Assembly: GCA_030390025.1 (NCBI GenBank)
Contig: CM059432.1
Span: 372,001 to 436,000 of the forward strand
Reading direction: 5' to 3'
Source: Squalus acanthias
Taxonomy: Eukaryota
Length of the DNA: 64,000 nt
Below are positions 40,751 through 52,795 of this stretch, in pieces. A program made the translations under genes and the position numbers. The notes beneath the pieces are model-generated. The model had not been told where the DNA came from, did no database searches, and saw only the letters and a list, made by a program, of their open reading frames with translations. Each line of letters begins with the position of its first letter. Position 1 is the stretch's first letter.

Positions 40751-43702
40751 GTGGGGTACCGCAGGGTTCGGTGCTGGGGCCCCAGCTGTTTACATTATAT
40801 ATTAATGATTTGGACGAAGGGATTAATTGTAATATCTCCAAATTTGCGGATGACACTAAATTGGGAGGCAGTGTGAACAATGAGGAGGATGCTAGGAGGC
40901 TACAGAGTGACTTGGACAGGTTGGGTGAATGGGCAAATGTATGGCAGATGAAGTACAATGTGGATAAATGTGAGGTTATCCACTTTGGTGGTAAAAATAG
41001 GGAGGCAGACTATTACCTGAATGGTGGCAGATTAGGGAAAGGGGAGGTGCAACGAGACCTGGGCGTCATGGTACATCAGTCACTGAAGGTGGGAAGGCAA
41101 GTGCAGCAGGCAGTCAAGAAAGCAAATGGCATGATGGCCTTCATAGCAAGGGGATTTGAGTACAGGAGTAGGGAGGTGATGCTACAGTTGTACAGGGCCT
41201 TGGTGAGGCCACACCTGGAGTATTGTGTGCAGTTTTGGTCTCCTAACTTGAGGAAGGACATTCTTGCTATTGAGGGAGTGCAACGAAGGTTCACTAGATT
41301 GTTTCCTGGGATGGCCAGACTGACATATCAAGAAAGACTGGATCAACTGAACTTGTATCCTCTGGAGTTCAGAAGAATGAGGGGGGATCTTATAGAGACG
41401 TTTAAAATCCTGACTGGTTTAGACAAATTAGATACATAGATACATAGAAAATAGGAGCAGGAGTAGGCCATCCGGCCCTTCGAGCCTGCTCCGCCATTTA
41501 ATGAGATCATGGCTGATCCTCCAATTCAGTATCCCGTCCCCGCCTTCTCTCCGTAACCCTTAACCCCTTTTGCCTGTAGAAATATATCTAATTCCCTCTT
41601 AAATATATTTAATGAGTTGGCGTACACTGCCCTCTGTGGCAATGAGTTCCACAGGTTCACCACCCTCTGAGTGAAGAAATTCCCCCTCATTTCTGTCCTA
41701 AATGGTTTAGCCCTTATCCTTAAATGATGTCCTCTAGTTCTGTTCTCACCCGCCAAGGGAAACATTCCTTCTGCATCTAGTCTGTCTAGACCTGTCAGAA
41801 TTTTATACACTTCTATGAGGTCCCCTCTCAATCTTCTAAACTCCAGTGTGTACATCCCTAAACTACATAGTCTCTCCTCATAGGTCAATCCCGCCATTCC
41901 TGGTATCAGCCTGGTGAATCGCCGCTGCACCCCCTCCATGGCAAGAACATCTTTCCTCAGATGAGGCGACCAAAACTGTACACAGTACTCGAGGTGTGGT
42001 CTCACCAGTGCCCTGTACAGCTGCAGCAAGGTATCCCTGTTCCTGTATTCCAACCCTTTTGCTATGAAGGCCAGCATACCGTTTGCCTTCTTGACCGCCT
42101 GTTGCACCTGCATGCTCGCCTTCAGTGACTGGTGTACAAGAACACCCAGGTCTCTCTGTACTTCCCCTTCTCCCAATTTATTGCCATTTAAATAATAATT
42201 TGCTCTCCCGTTCCTGCACCCAAGGTGGATAACTTCGCACTTGTCCACATTATAGTGCATCTGCCATTTATCCGCCCAATCACCCAGTCTGTCCAAATCG
42301 CTCTGGAGCTTCCTGGTCTCCTCCTCTGAGCCCACCCCCCCTCCTAGTTTAGTGTCGTCTGCAAATTTGGAAATGCTGCATCCGACTCCCTGATCCAGGT
42401 CATTAATGTAAATTGTGAACAGCTGGGGACCCAGGACAGATCCCTGTGGTACCCCACTTGTTACTGCCTGCCATTCAGAAAATGAGCCGTTTATTCCAAC
42501 TCTCTGTTTTCTATCTGACAGCCAGTTCTCTATCCACGTCAATACTTTCCCCTTTATCCCATGAGCTTCAATTTTCCCTGCTAATCTTTTATGTGGGACC
42601 TTATCGAAGGCCTTTTGGAAGTCCAGGTACACCACATCTACTGGCTCTCCCCCATCTATTTTACCAGTTACTCCCTCAAAAAATTCCAATAGATTAGTCA
42701 AGCACGATTTACCCTTTGTAAATCCATGTTGACTCTGTCCTATCCTGTCCCCATTTGCTAAATGCTCCGCTATTTCATCCTTAATGATGGACTCCAGCAT
42801 TTTGCCCACAACTGATGTAAGGCTTACAGGTCTGTAATTACCTGCTTTTTCCCTACCCCCCTTTTTGAATAGTGGGGTAACGTTAGCTACCCTCCAATCC
42901 ATGGGCACTGTTCCCGAGTCTAATGAATTCTGAAAAATCATACTTAGTGCATCCGCTATCTCTAGGGCCACCTCCTTCAGTACCCTAGGATGCATGTTAT
43001 CAGGCCCTGGGGATTTGTCCGCCTTCAATCCCTTTAGCTTCCTTAACACCATATCCTTAGAGATATTGATTTGCGTCAGTTCCTCCTTTGCCAATGTCCC
43101 TATTTTTCCCGATATCCCAGGGAGGTTTTTTGTGTCTTCCTTCGTAAAGACTGACCCAAAGTATGCATTTAGTTGGTCTGCCATTTCCTTATTTCCCGTT
43201 ATATATTCCCCCGTATCTGACTGCAATGGGCCAACTTTGGTTTTCACCAGTCTTTTCCTCTTGATATACTTATAAAAGCTTTTGGAGTTAGTTTTTATAT
43301 TTTCCGCCAGCTTGCTTTCGTAAGCTATTTTGCCCCTCTTGATTAAGCCCTGATGTGGGCAGAATGTTTCCAATGTTAGGGAAAACTAAAACCAGGGGTC
43401 ACAGTCTAAGGATAAAGGGGAAGCCATTTAAGACTGAAATGAGGAGGAACTTCTTCACCCAGAGAGTGGTGAATCTGTGGAATTCTCTACCACAGAAGGT
43501 TGTTGAGGCCAGTTCGCTAAATATATTCAAAAGGGAGTTAGATATAATACTCACAACTAGGGGAATCAAGGGGTATGGCGAGAAAGCAGGAATGGGGTAC
43601 TGAGGTAGCATGTTCAGCCATGAACGCATTAAATGGCGGTGCAGGCTCGAAGGACCGAATGGTCTACTCCTGCACCTATTTTCTATGTTTCTATGTTTCT
43701 AT
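40751..43702 (+). mobile_element. 5'-truncated CR1 split by a younger CR1
   Basis: GVPQGSVLGP..GLDKLD (to 41433) resumes VGRMFPML (43355); TTTCTATG tail. Confidence 0.88.
41434..43352 (-). mobile_element. Young 5'-truncated CR1 with uninterrupted RT frame
   Basis: ~600 codons without a stop (41526..43373) with all RT motifs. Confidence 0.92.
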
Positions 43703-43800
43703 GTGGCACTCTCCTCCTCACCACAGGTTGAATGTTTACAGCTCACTCACAGACTTTTAAGCAGAAGAGAAAGGGTTACATGTTACACATAATTCAGGTT

Positions 43801-44005
43801 GCCATGATGTGGAGATGCCGGTGTTGGACTGGGGTGGCCAAAAGTGAGAAGTCGCAGAACACCAGGTTATAGTCCAACAGCTTTATTTGAAATCACAAGC
43901 TTTCGGAGCGGCTGCTCCTTCGTCAGATGAGGAAGGAGCAGCGCTCCAAAAGTTTGTGATTTCAAATAAAGCTGTTGGATTATAACCTGGTGTTGTGCGA
44001 CTTCT
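43801..44005. mobile_element. Palindromic Penelope pLTR-like short element with 15-bp TSD
   Basis: CACATAATTCAGGTT at 43786-43800 and 44006-44020; inverted arms ~43844-43921 and ~43931-44008. Confidence 0.75.
43893..43930 (-). ncRNA. Minimal type I hammerhead ribozyme motif
   Basis: UCAU CUGACGA A GGAGC agcc GCUCC GAAA GCUU GUGA. Confidence 0.6.
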
Positions 44006-44119
44006 CACATAATTCAGGTTATCAGTGCACGCAGTTAATGATTACAAACGTCTACATTTAACCCGTACACACGATTAGAGATCTGTTACTGATGATTGGA
44101 AGATATTCATAGAATCATA

Positions 44120-45619
44120 GGGGGAGAAATTGAGTATCGCCACATCGGGGCGATAACTTTAGCGGTAATGAGAAAGTAGAGCCGGGCGCCACGCCAGTGA
44201 ATCTGACGTGACCTTCGGGTTTAGCGTTCCGGGAAGGAATCGGAGCGTTAAATCAAACACCACCACTTCCCTTGGAGCGCGAGAGTTCGGCAGGAGGGGC
44301 GGTACCGGCCCAGCGCGGCCCAATGTCGAGGGCAACGCTTCCGGGAACGGAGGCTCCTTCGCTCGCTAAAGGGACGGTCCATCGCTGCCGGCTCGGCATC
44401 AAATCGATGTCCCTCGTCACCAACGGCAGCCGCGATCCGCGACCATCAACCGCACGCACTCTAACCGAGCGCAGAACTGATCGATCGCGGCCCAGGAAAA
44501 AGTTGAAAAAACAACCTGAGGGGTGAAAACAAATGTTTCATTGACACAAGCGGCCTTACCTTTAACTAGCGCTCCCCAAGCAGCCTTACCTTTAACTAGC
44601 GCTCCCCAACCGGCCTTACCTTAAACTAGTGCTCCCCAACCGGCCTTACCTTTAACTAGTGCTCCCCAAGCGGCCTTACCTTTAACTAGCGCTCCCCAAG
44701 CGGCCTTACCTTTAACTAGCGCTCCCCAAGCGGCCTTACCTTTAACTAGCGCTCCCCAAGCGGCCTTACCTTTAACTAGCGCTCCCCAAGCGGCCTTACC
44801 TTTAACTAGCGCTCCCCAACCGGCCTTACCTTTAACTAGCGCTCCCCAACTGGCCTTACCTTTAACTAGCGCTCCCCAACCGGCCTTACCTTTAACTAGC
44901 GCTCCCCAACCGGCCTTACCTTTAACTAGTGCTCCCCAAGCGGCCTTACCTTAAACGAGTGCTCCCCAAGCGGCCTTACCTTTAACTAGCGCTCCCCAAG
45001 CAGCCTTACCTTTAACTAGCGCTCCCCAAGCGGCCTTACCTTTAACTAGCGCTCCCCAAGCGGCCTTACCTTTAACTAGCGCTCCCCAAGCGGCCTTACC
45101 TTTAACTAGCGCTCCCCAACCGGCCTTACCTTTAACTAGCGCTCCCCAACCGGCCTTACCTTTAACTAGCGCTCCCCAACCGGCCTTACCTTTAACTAGC
45201 GCTCCCCAACCGGCCTTACCTTTAACTAGCGCTCCCCAACCGGCCTTACCTTTAACTAGCACTCCCCAAGCGGCCTTACCTTTAACTAGCGCTCCCCAAG
45301 CGGCCTTACCTTTAACTAGCGCTCCCCAAGCGCCCAGCCTCCCCAACAACGCCTCCTGCAGCTGGCGGTGTTTTCGCCCGGCGATGCTGCAGCGAGCGGG
45401 ACCGGAGTTTGGATCCGGGAGCTACAGGGGCGCCACGCAGCCGGATGACGTCTCGATCTCCGGGCGCAGGAGATCGTGGCGCTAGTAGCTACCACCGCCG
45501 CAAACATCCACGTCAATTTCGTTAACGTCGGTACTATCACCGCGCCCGGTCGCAAAGCCGGTAGCGCCCCATTAACGCCCCCCGGAGACGCTAACTGGAG
45601 GCGCAAAGGAGGTTAATCA
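44120..45619. mobile_element. PIF/Harbinger-like non-autonomous element inserted in a CR1 (CATAGAAT)n tail
   Basis: Starts GGGGGAGAAATTGAGTATCGCC; CATAGAATCATA on the left and AGAATCATAGAAT on the right. Confidence 0.65.
44551..45330. repeat. 30-bp minisatellite, 26 copies
   Basis: CGGCCTTACCTTTAACTAGCGCTCCCCAAS in exact 30-bp register. Confidence 0.98.
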
Positions 45620-48600
45620 CAGAATCATAGAATGGTTACAGCACGGAAGGAGGCCATTCGGCCCGTCGAACCCGTACCGGCTCTCTGCAAGAGCACTTCA
45701 GCTAGTCCCACTCCCCCGCCCTTTCCCCGTAGCCCTGCTAATTGTTTTTCTTTCAGGTACTTATCCAACTCCCTTTTGAAAGCTGTGATTGAATCTGCCC
45801 CCACCACCCTTTCAGGCAGCGCATTCCAGATCCTAACCACTCGCTGCGTAAAAAAGTTTTTTCCCATGTCGCCTTTGGTTCTTTTGCCAATCACCTTAAA
45901 TCTGTGTCCTCTGGTTCTCGACCCTTCTGCCAATGGGAACAGTTTCTCTCCATCTACTCTGTCCAGACCCCTCATGATTTTGAACACCTCTATCAAATCT
46001 CCTCTCAATCTTCTCTGCTCCAAGGAGAACAACACCAGCTTCTCCAGTCTATCCACGTAACTGAAGTCCCTGAGCCCTGGAATCATTCTCGTAAATCTTT
46101 TCTGCACCCTCTCTAAGGCCTTCACATCCTTCCTAAAGTGCGGTGCCCAGAATTGGACACAGTACTCCAATTGAGGCTGAACCAGTGTTTTATACAGGTT
46201 CATCATATTTTCCAGTCCTCTGGCACCACCCCCATTTCTAAGGAGGATTGGAAGATTATGGTCAGTACCTCCGCGATTTCTTCCTTCAATTCCCTCAGCA
46301 TCTTACGATGCATCCCATCTGGTCCTGGTGATTTATCTACTTTAAGTACAGCCAGCCTTTCTAGTACCTCCTCTTTATCAATTCTTATCCCATCCAGTAT
46401 CTCCTCTATCTCCTCCTTCACTTTGTCTATGGCAGCATCCTCTTCCTTGGTAAAGACAGATGCAAAGTACTCACTCAGTACCTCAGCCATACCCTCTGCC
46501 TCCATGCGTAGGTCTCCTTTTTGGTCCCTAATCAGCCCCAGCCCTCCTCTTACTAACCTTTTACTATTTATATGCCTATAGAAGACTTTTGGATTACCTT
46601 TTATGTTGGCTGCCATTCTATTCTCATACCCTCGCTTTGCCCCTCTTATTTTCTTTTTCACTTCTCCTCTGACCTTTCTATATATAGCCTGATTCTCAGA
46701 TGTATTTGCAACCTGACATCTGTCATACTTCTCTTTTTCTGCTTCATCATATTCTCTATTTCTTTCGTCATCCAGGGAGCCCTGACATTAATTGCCCTAC
46801 CTTTCTCCCTTGTGGGAATGTACCTCGACTGTAGCCGAACTATTTCCTCTTTAAAGGCAGCCCATTGTTCCATTACAGTTTTGCCTGCCAATCTTTGATT
46901 CCAGTTTACCTGGGCCAGATCCGTTCTCAACCCACTGAAATTGGCCCTCCTCCAATTAAGTATTTTTACTCTAGATTGCTCCCTGTCCTTTTCCATAGCT
47001 AATCTAAACCTTATGATACTATGATCACTGTTCCCTAAATGTTCCCCTACTGACACTTTCCCCACTTGACCCATCTCATTCCCCAGAACCAGATCCAGCA
47101 ATGCCGCCTCCCTCGTTGGGCCGGAAACATACTGATCAAGAAAGTTCTCCTGAACACACTTCAGAAATTCTTCCCCCTCTCTGCCCTTTACACTATTACT
47201 ATCCCAGTCTACATTAGGATAGTTGAAGTCCCCCATTATCACTACTCTACAGTTCTTGCACCTCTCTGTAATTTCCCTGCAAATTTGCTCCTCCATATTT
47301 TTCCCACTAGTAGGTGGCCTATAGAATACACCTAGTAGTGTAATGGCACCTCTATTATTTCTTAACTCTAGCCCTATAGATTCTGTCCTTGACCCCTCCA
47401 GGACATCCTCTCTCTCCAGTACTGTAACATTCTCCTTAACCAATACTGCCACACCACCTCCTATCTTTCCTGAACACCCTGGGGGAAAAATTCAGTTGGT
47501 TGCACCTCCCGTTAGCGCCTTAAGAGGGCGCTAATGGGGCGCAAAGCAAGTAGCGCCCGGGCGCGGCGATGTTTGCGCCGCTCGCGAAATTAACTAGACA
47601 TTTTGCGGCAGCGCTAAACACTACCGCCACGATCTCCTGCGCCGGCAGATCGTGACGTCAGTCGAGTGCGCAACGCCCCGGTAGCGCCCCAGAGTGGATA
47701 TTGAGTGGCGCCCCCTGCCTTACCGCCTGCCACTAGCAACGACAGGTTGAGGGGAGCATTTTGCAGTCAGGAAGGGACTGGGGGAGTGCTATTTAAAGGT
47801 GACCGCTTCCTGCCTTTTTTTGTTGGTGACATTTTTGAACTACGCATTCTGAGAGAGAGAGAGGGAGACTTCTGGAGAGATTCAACGCTGTGTGATTGAG
47901 TTTTGGGTACTGAGCAGCACTTTGCAGGTTCATTTTGATTTGCCCTTCCTTGTATCGATTTAGAAGAGACTGTGGGGGCTGCACTCTGAGCTCTTTCCCT
48001 GGGACTCTCCATTGTTCTTTCCAGCAGATTTGATGTACAGGTCTCTCCAGGCCGAGATTCAAGGCTGCAATGAGCAGGATGTGGATGGAAAGCAAGATCA
48101 ACCCTTCCCTTTAAGAACTGGCCGGCGCCATTGTGTCTGTTCCATTGCTGACTGACATCACATGAGCTTCGCCAGCGCTCTGAGGTAGCGCCTCGCTCCT
48201 CGGCCTTTGCGCCTTAAGACAGGTGTGAAGCGCCTGATTTAGCGCTCCAATCACCTCCAGGGGCGATAAAAGTCAAGTTTGCAGTCGGAGGCGATAATTA
48301 GCGCCAGGCGCTAATCTTTGCGCCCGGCTGATAATTGCGCCCCAAATGGGGCGATACTGAATTTCTCCCCCCCTTTATCCAGGAATATTTAATACCCAAT
48401 CCTGCCCTTTTTTGAGCCAGGTCTCCGTTATTGCCACGGCATCATATTCCCATTGGCTATCTGCGCCTGCAGCTCACCAACCTTGTTTACTATGCTTCGT
48501 GCGTTCACATACATGCACTGTAAACCTATCTTAGACCATCCTGTGTTCTCTCTTAGTCTGACCCCACCTAATACCGTACTATTTCTTGCTTTAGTGCTAT

Positions 48601-49545
48601 CCGTCTCTCCCAATCCTTTGTTTCTCCTTTCTAATGCTACATCCGGGTGCCCATCCCCCCGCCAACTTAGTTTAAACACTCCCCAACAGCACTGGCAAAC
48701 CTCCCCGTGAGGATATTGGTCCTGGCTTTGTTGAGGTGCAACCTGTCCGGCTTGTACAGGTCCCACCTCCCCCAGAACCGGTCCCAATGCCCCAGGAATC
48801 TAAAGCCCTCCCTCCTACACCATCTCTCCAGCCACGCATTCATCTGCTCTATCCTCCTATTTCTATACTCACTAGCACGTGGCACTGGGAGTAATCCAGA
48901 GATTAATACCTTTGAGGTCCTGCTTTTTAATCTATTTCCTAGCTCCCTAAAATCTGCCTGTAGGACCTCATCCCTCTTTCTACCTATGTTGTTAGTACCG
49001 ACATGGATCACGACCTCTGGCTGTTCACCCTCCCCCCTCAGAATGTTCTGCAGCCGCTCAGTGACATCTTTAAACCTGACACCAGGAAGTTACATCTGCA
49101 GCCCCAGAAACACCTCCTGAAACGTGCTATCCACGAAGCTCTCAGCCTCACAGATACACCGCAGTGACGCCAGCTGCTGCTCAAGCTCTGAAACCTGGAA
49201 CTCGAGCTCCTCCAGCCGACAACACCTCCTGCACACATGGTCGTCCAGGACACGAAAAGCATCCTGGAGTCCCCACATGGCACAGGATGTGCATTCCGCT
49301 AGGCCGAGCAGCCCTGCCATGCCTTTATTTATTCGACTTATTAACTAACTTTTTTTTTTAAGTAACTTAACAGAAATAAACTTGAGACTTAAAAAAAAAA
49401 TCACCAACTACATACCAGTCAGCTCCTTCCCTTGCGCTGACGTCACTTACCTCGCTCCCTGACGCTCGCACTCCCTCCGGGCTCTTGGGCCTACCTTTAT
49501 CTGCGGCCGCTCCTCTCGCTCTCCCGCAGGCCCGCTCTCGGGCCT
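45620..49545 (-). mobile_element. CR1 (copy B) spanning 5'UTR, ORF1 esterase, APE and 3' end, with internal deletions
   Basis: ORF1 CTSC..CRRC and HVGTNN..RLHLN; YVNARSI, MGDFN, SDH; RT core deleted at ~46205. Confidence 0.88.
47481..48371. mobile_element. ~890-bp PIF/Harbinger-like MITE
   Basis: TIRs GGGGGAAAAATTCAGT / ACTGAATTTCTCCCC; second copy at 61080-61972. Confidence 0.82.
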
Positions 49546-49563
49546 ATTAACTTAAGAGACCTT

Positions 49564-50020
49564 GGGGACTAAATTCGGTTGATTTGCGCCTTCCGTTAGT
49601 GCCCTCTTAGGGTGCTAACGGGCCACAAATTAACTAGCGCCTGGGCGCGGCGCCGCTAAGGCCTCCCGCGAAATTCAGCGGGAGGTTAGTGGCGGTGCTA
49701 ACCGTTAGCGCCGCCGACGGTGACGTCATTGCGGTGCGCAGCGCCCTGTTCGCGCCCCGGCTGTAATATTGGGTGGCGCCCCCTGACTTACCGCCGGACG
49801 CTATGTCCGCCGCGGTCAGGGGGGCCGACCTGCGGCCGGGGCGGCGCTAGTTAAAGGGGAGGTGACGGGCGGCCATTTCTGTTGCTGGCCGCCTGCCAGC
49901 ACCTGCCCCCGTTGCTGTCCCCGGCCCCTGTGAAGCCCCCCCGCGGGGAGCCGGCTGCTCTCCGTGAGCCCGGCACTCCTCTTGAGTGCCAAAGGGGGGG
50001 CGCTACCCAATTTTTACCCC
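49564..50020. mobile_element. PIF/Harbinger-like MITE with 3-bp TSD CTT
   Basis: CTT|GGGGACTAAATTCGG ... CCCAATTTTTACCCC|CTT. Confidence 0.7.
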
Positions 50021-50374
50021 CTTGGGTTCTGTGGCTCCACTCCTGCCTTTCGATCAGACATCTCCACCGCCTTCCTGCTCTCCACCGATTCTTGCACTCA
50101 CAAAATTCATCACTCCGCTTGCAATCTCCAAGCTCCGTGCTTTTCCAAACATACCTTTGGAGAGTCAAAAAATCTACAACTGCTTAATCAGCTTCTAGCT
50201 CAAAGCTTTTACCACCAACTCAAGCAACCACTTACAGCTGATAGCTGTTATCTGTTAACTGCCACTGACCAGGCAATTTCTTTTATGTTACAAGACAAAG
50301 CCAAATTCCAATCTGAAGATTACTTACCGAACTTACCTTATACGCACCAGTGAATTTCTCCTGCTGTCTCCTGC

Positions 50375-51422
50375 TCTCGCCCTGAACTAGAAAATTTCAT
50401 TCACTTTGCTTCCAATTTCGACCCTTCCCTCACCTTCACATGGTCCATCTCCGACTCTTCCCTTCCCTTCCTCGACTTCTCTGTCTCCATCTCTGGGGAT
50501 AGGCTATTGACAAACATCCACTACAAGCCCATGGACTCCCACAGCTACCTGGACTACACTTCCTCCCACCCCGCTTCCTGTAAGGACACTATTCCATTCT
50601 CCCAGTTTCTCCGTCTCCGCCGCATCTGCTCTGACGATGCCACCTTCCATACTAGTGCTTCCGACATGTCTTCCTTTTTCCTCAACTGAGGCTTCCCCTC
50701 TACTGTGGTTGACACGGCCCTTGACCGTGTCCGTTCTATTTCCCGCACTTCTGCTCTCACCCCTTCTCCTCCCTCCCGGAACCACGATAGGGTTCCCCTT
50801 GTCCTCACCTTTCACCCCACCAGCCTCCACATTCAATGGATCATCCTCCACCATATCCGCCACCTCCAGCGTGATCCCGCCACCAAACACATCTTCCTCT
50901 CACCTCCCCTTTCAGCATTCCGAAGGGACCGCTCCCTCCGCGACACCCTAGTCCACTCCTCTACCACCCCCAGCACCCCTTCCCCTTCGCCCGGCACCTT
51001 CCCGTGCAAGCGCAGGAGATGCAACACATGCCCTTTTACCTCCTCCCTTCCCACTGTCCAGGGCCCCAAACACTCCTTCCAGGTGAAACAGCGATTTACT
51101 TGTACTTCTTGCAATTTAGTATACTGTATTCACTGCTCACGATGCGGTCTCCTCTACATTGGGGAGACCAAACGCAGATTGGGTGACCGCTTTGCGGAAC
51201 ACCTCCGTTCAGTCCGTAAGGGGGACCCCGAGCTTCCAGTCGCCTGCCACTTTAATTCTCCGCTCCACTCCCACTCTGATCTCTCTGTCCTCGGCCTCTT
51301 ACACTGTTCCAATGAAGCTCAACGTAAGCTCGAGGAACAGCATCTCATCTTTCGATTAGGCACTTTACAGCCTTCTGGACACAACATAGAGTTCAACAAT
51401 TTCAGACCATAACCTCTGCCCC
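50375..51422 (+). mobile_element. Penelope-like element fragment (RT C-terminus and GIY-YIG endonuclease)
   Basis: LPFLD, YLDYTSSHP, IPFSQFLRLRRIC, NLVYCI.C..CGLLYIGETKRRLGDRFAEH. Confidence 0.9.
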
Positions 51423-52352
51423 GTGGAATGCACATCCTGTGCCATGTGGGAAGTCCTGGACACCTCCCGTGGTCTGGACGACTACATGTGCGGGAAGTGT
51501 CGCCAGCTACAGCAGCTCGAGCACCGGGTTACGGAGCTTGAGCGGCGGCTGCATTCACTGCGGTGCATCCGCGAGGCTGAGAGCTTCGTGGATAGCACGT
51601 TTCGGGAGATGGTCACCCCGCAGCTTAAGAGTGTGCAGGCAGAGAGGGAATGGGTAACCGTCAGACTGAAGAGGAGGACCAGGCAGGTAGTGCAGGAGTC
51701 CCCTGAGCCCATCTTGCTCACCAACCAGTATTCGGTGCTGAGTACTGGTGAGGGCGATGGTTCCTCTAGGGAGTGCAGCCAGAGCCAAGTCCACAGCACC
51801 ATGGAAGGCTCAGCTGCACAGGCGGGGGGGAAGAGGAGAGGGAGAGCAATAGTGATAGGGGATTCAATAGTCAGGGGAGCAGACAGGCGTTTCTGCGGCC
51901 GCAGACGTGACTCCAGGATGGTATGTTGCCTCCCTGGTTCCAGGGTCAAGGATGTCACTGAACGGCTGCAGGGCATTCTGAGAGGGGAGGGTGAACAGCC
52001 AGAGGTCATGGTCCATATCGGTACCAACGACATAGGTAGGAAGAGGGATGAGGTCCTGCAGGCAGAGTTTAGGGAGCTAGGGAAGAGGTTAAAAAGCAGG
52101 ACCTCAAAGGTAGTAATCTCCGGATTACTCCCAATGCCACGTGCTAGTGAGTCCAGAAATAGGAGGACAGAGCAGATGAATGCGTGGCTGGAGAGATGGT
52201 GTAGGAGGGAGGGCTTTAGATTCCTGAGGAATTGGAACCGTTTCTGGGGGAGGTGGGACCTCTACAAGCCAGACGGGTTGCACCTCAACGGGAAGGGGAC
52301 CAATATCCTCGCGGGAGGGTTTGCTAGTGCTGTTGGGGAGGGTTTAAACTAG
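51423..52352 (+). CDS. CR1 ORF1 (zinc finger, coiled coil, SGNH esterase), followed by the start of ORF2 to ~52536
   Basis: CTSC..CGKC, IGDSIVR, CLPGSRV, HIGTND, DGLHLN; YFNARSI at ~52506. Confidence 0.88.
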   Translation: MECTSCAMWEVLDTSRGLDDYMCGKCRQLQQLEHRVTELERRLHSLRCIREAESFVDSTFREMVTPQLKSVQAEREWVTVRLKRRTRQVVQESPEPILLTNQYSVLSTGEGDGSSRECSQSQVHSTMEGSAAQAGGKRRGRAIVIGDSIVRGADRRFCGRRRDSRMVCCLPGSRVKDVTERLQGILRGEGEQPEVMVHIGTNDIGRKRDEVLQAEFRELGKRLKSRTSKVVISGLLPMPRASESRNRRTEQMNAWLERWCRREGFRFLRNWNRFWGRWDLYKPDGLHLNGKGTNILAGGFASAVGEGLN

Positions 52353-52537
52353 CTTGGCAGGGGGATGGGAACCTAAGAATAGAGTCAATAGGGAGGGAAG
52401 AAAAACTGGAATTGGAAAACAAAAACATAGAAAGTAAATTGGAAGGACAGAGGAATCAAGGGCTAGATAGTAGTCAACAAGGAGGTTTGCCTGTACTAAA
52501 TGGTATATACTTCAATGCAAGGAGTATAGCAAACAAA

Positions 52538-52610
52538 TGTGAGAAGTCGCACAACACCAGGTTATAGTCCAACAGCTTCATTTGAAATCACAAGCTTTCG
52601 GAGCGCTGCC
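52538..52610. mobile_element. Partial copy of the Penelope pLTR-like unit
   Basis: Matches 43843-43915. Confidence 0.75.
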
Positions 52611-52795
52611 TCTGACCTCAGTCTCTGGAATTCCATTCAATCTCTCAGCTTTTCTCACAGGCTGACTGTCGCTTTGCTAACAGGGCTTGTTGGAGTTGGC
52701 GTTTTTAATATTTGGTCAAGCAGACCTCTTTCTTCCATTTTAAAATCTAACCGTGTCTACCCAAGGCATATTACACTGGTTTAAAAGCATGATTC

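Noticed and set aside
43705..43780. Possible host exon after CTCCTCCTCACCACAG
   Set aside because: Weak donor, no identifiable protein, no partner exons
44551..45330. CRISPR array or GKAAWGALVK repeat protein
   Set aside because: Head-to-tail units with no spacers, eukaryotic context, located inside a MITE
50375..52352. Penelope GIY-YIG plus esterase two-gene system
   Set aside because: Abrupt junction at 51422 between two unrelated truncated retroelements; the esterase is ordinary CR1 ORF1 and the Penelope RT has a stop codon
52538..52610. Second hammerhead ribozyme
   Set aside because: Copy is truncated before the CUGANGA box
52640..52720. Possible exon encoding hydrophobic LTVALLTGLVGVGVFNIW
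   Set aside because: Acceptor plausible but donor poor; too short to support without homology or RNA-seq
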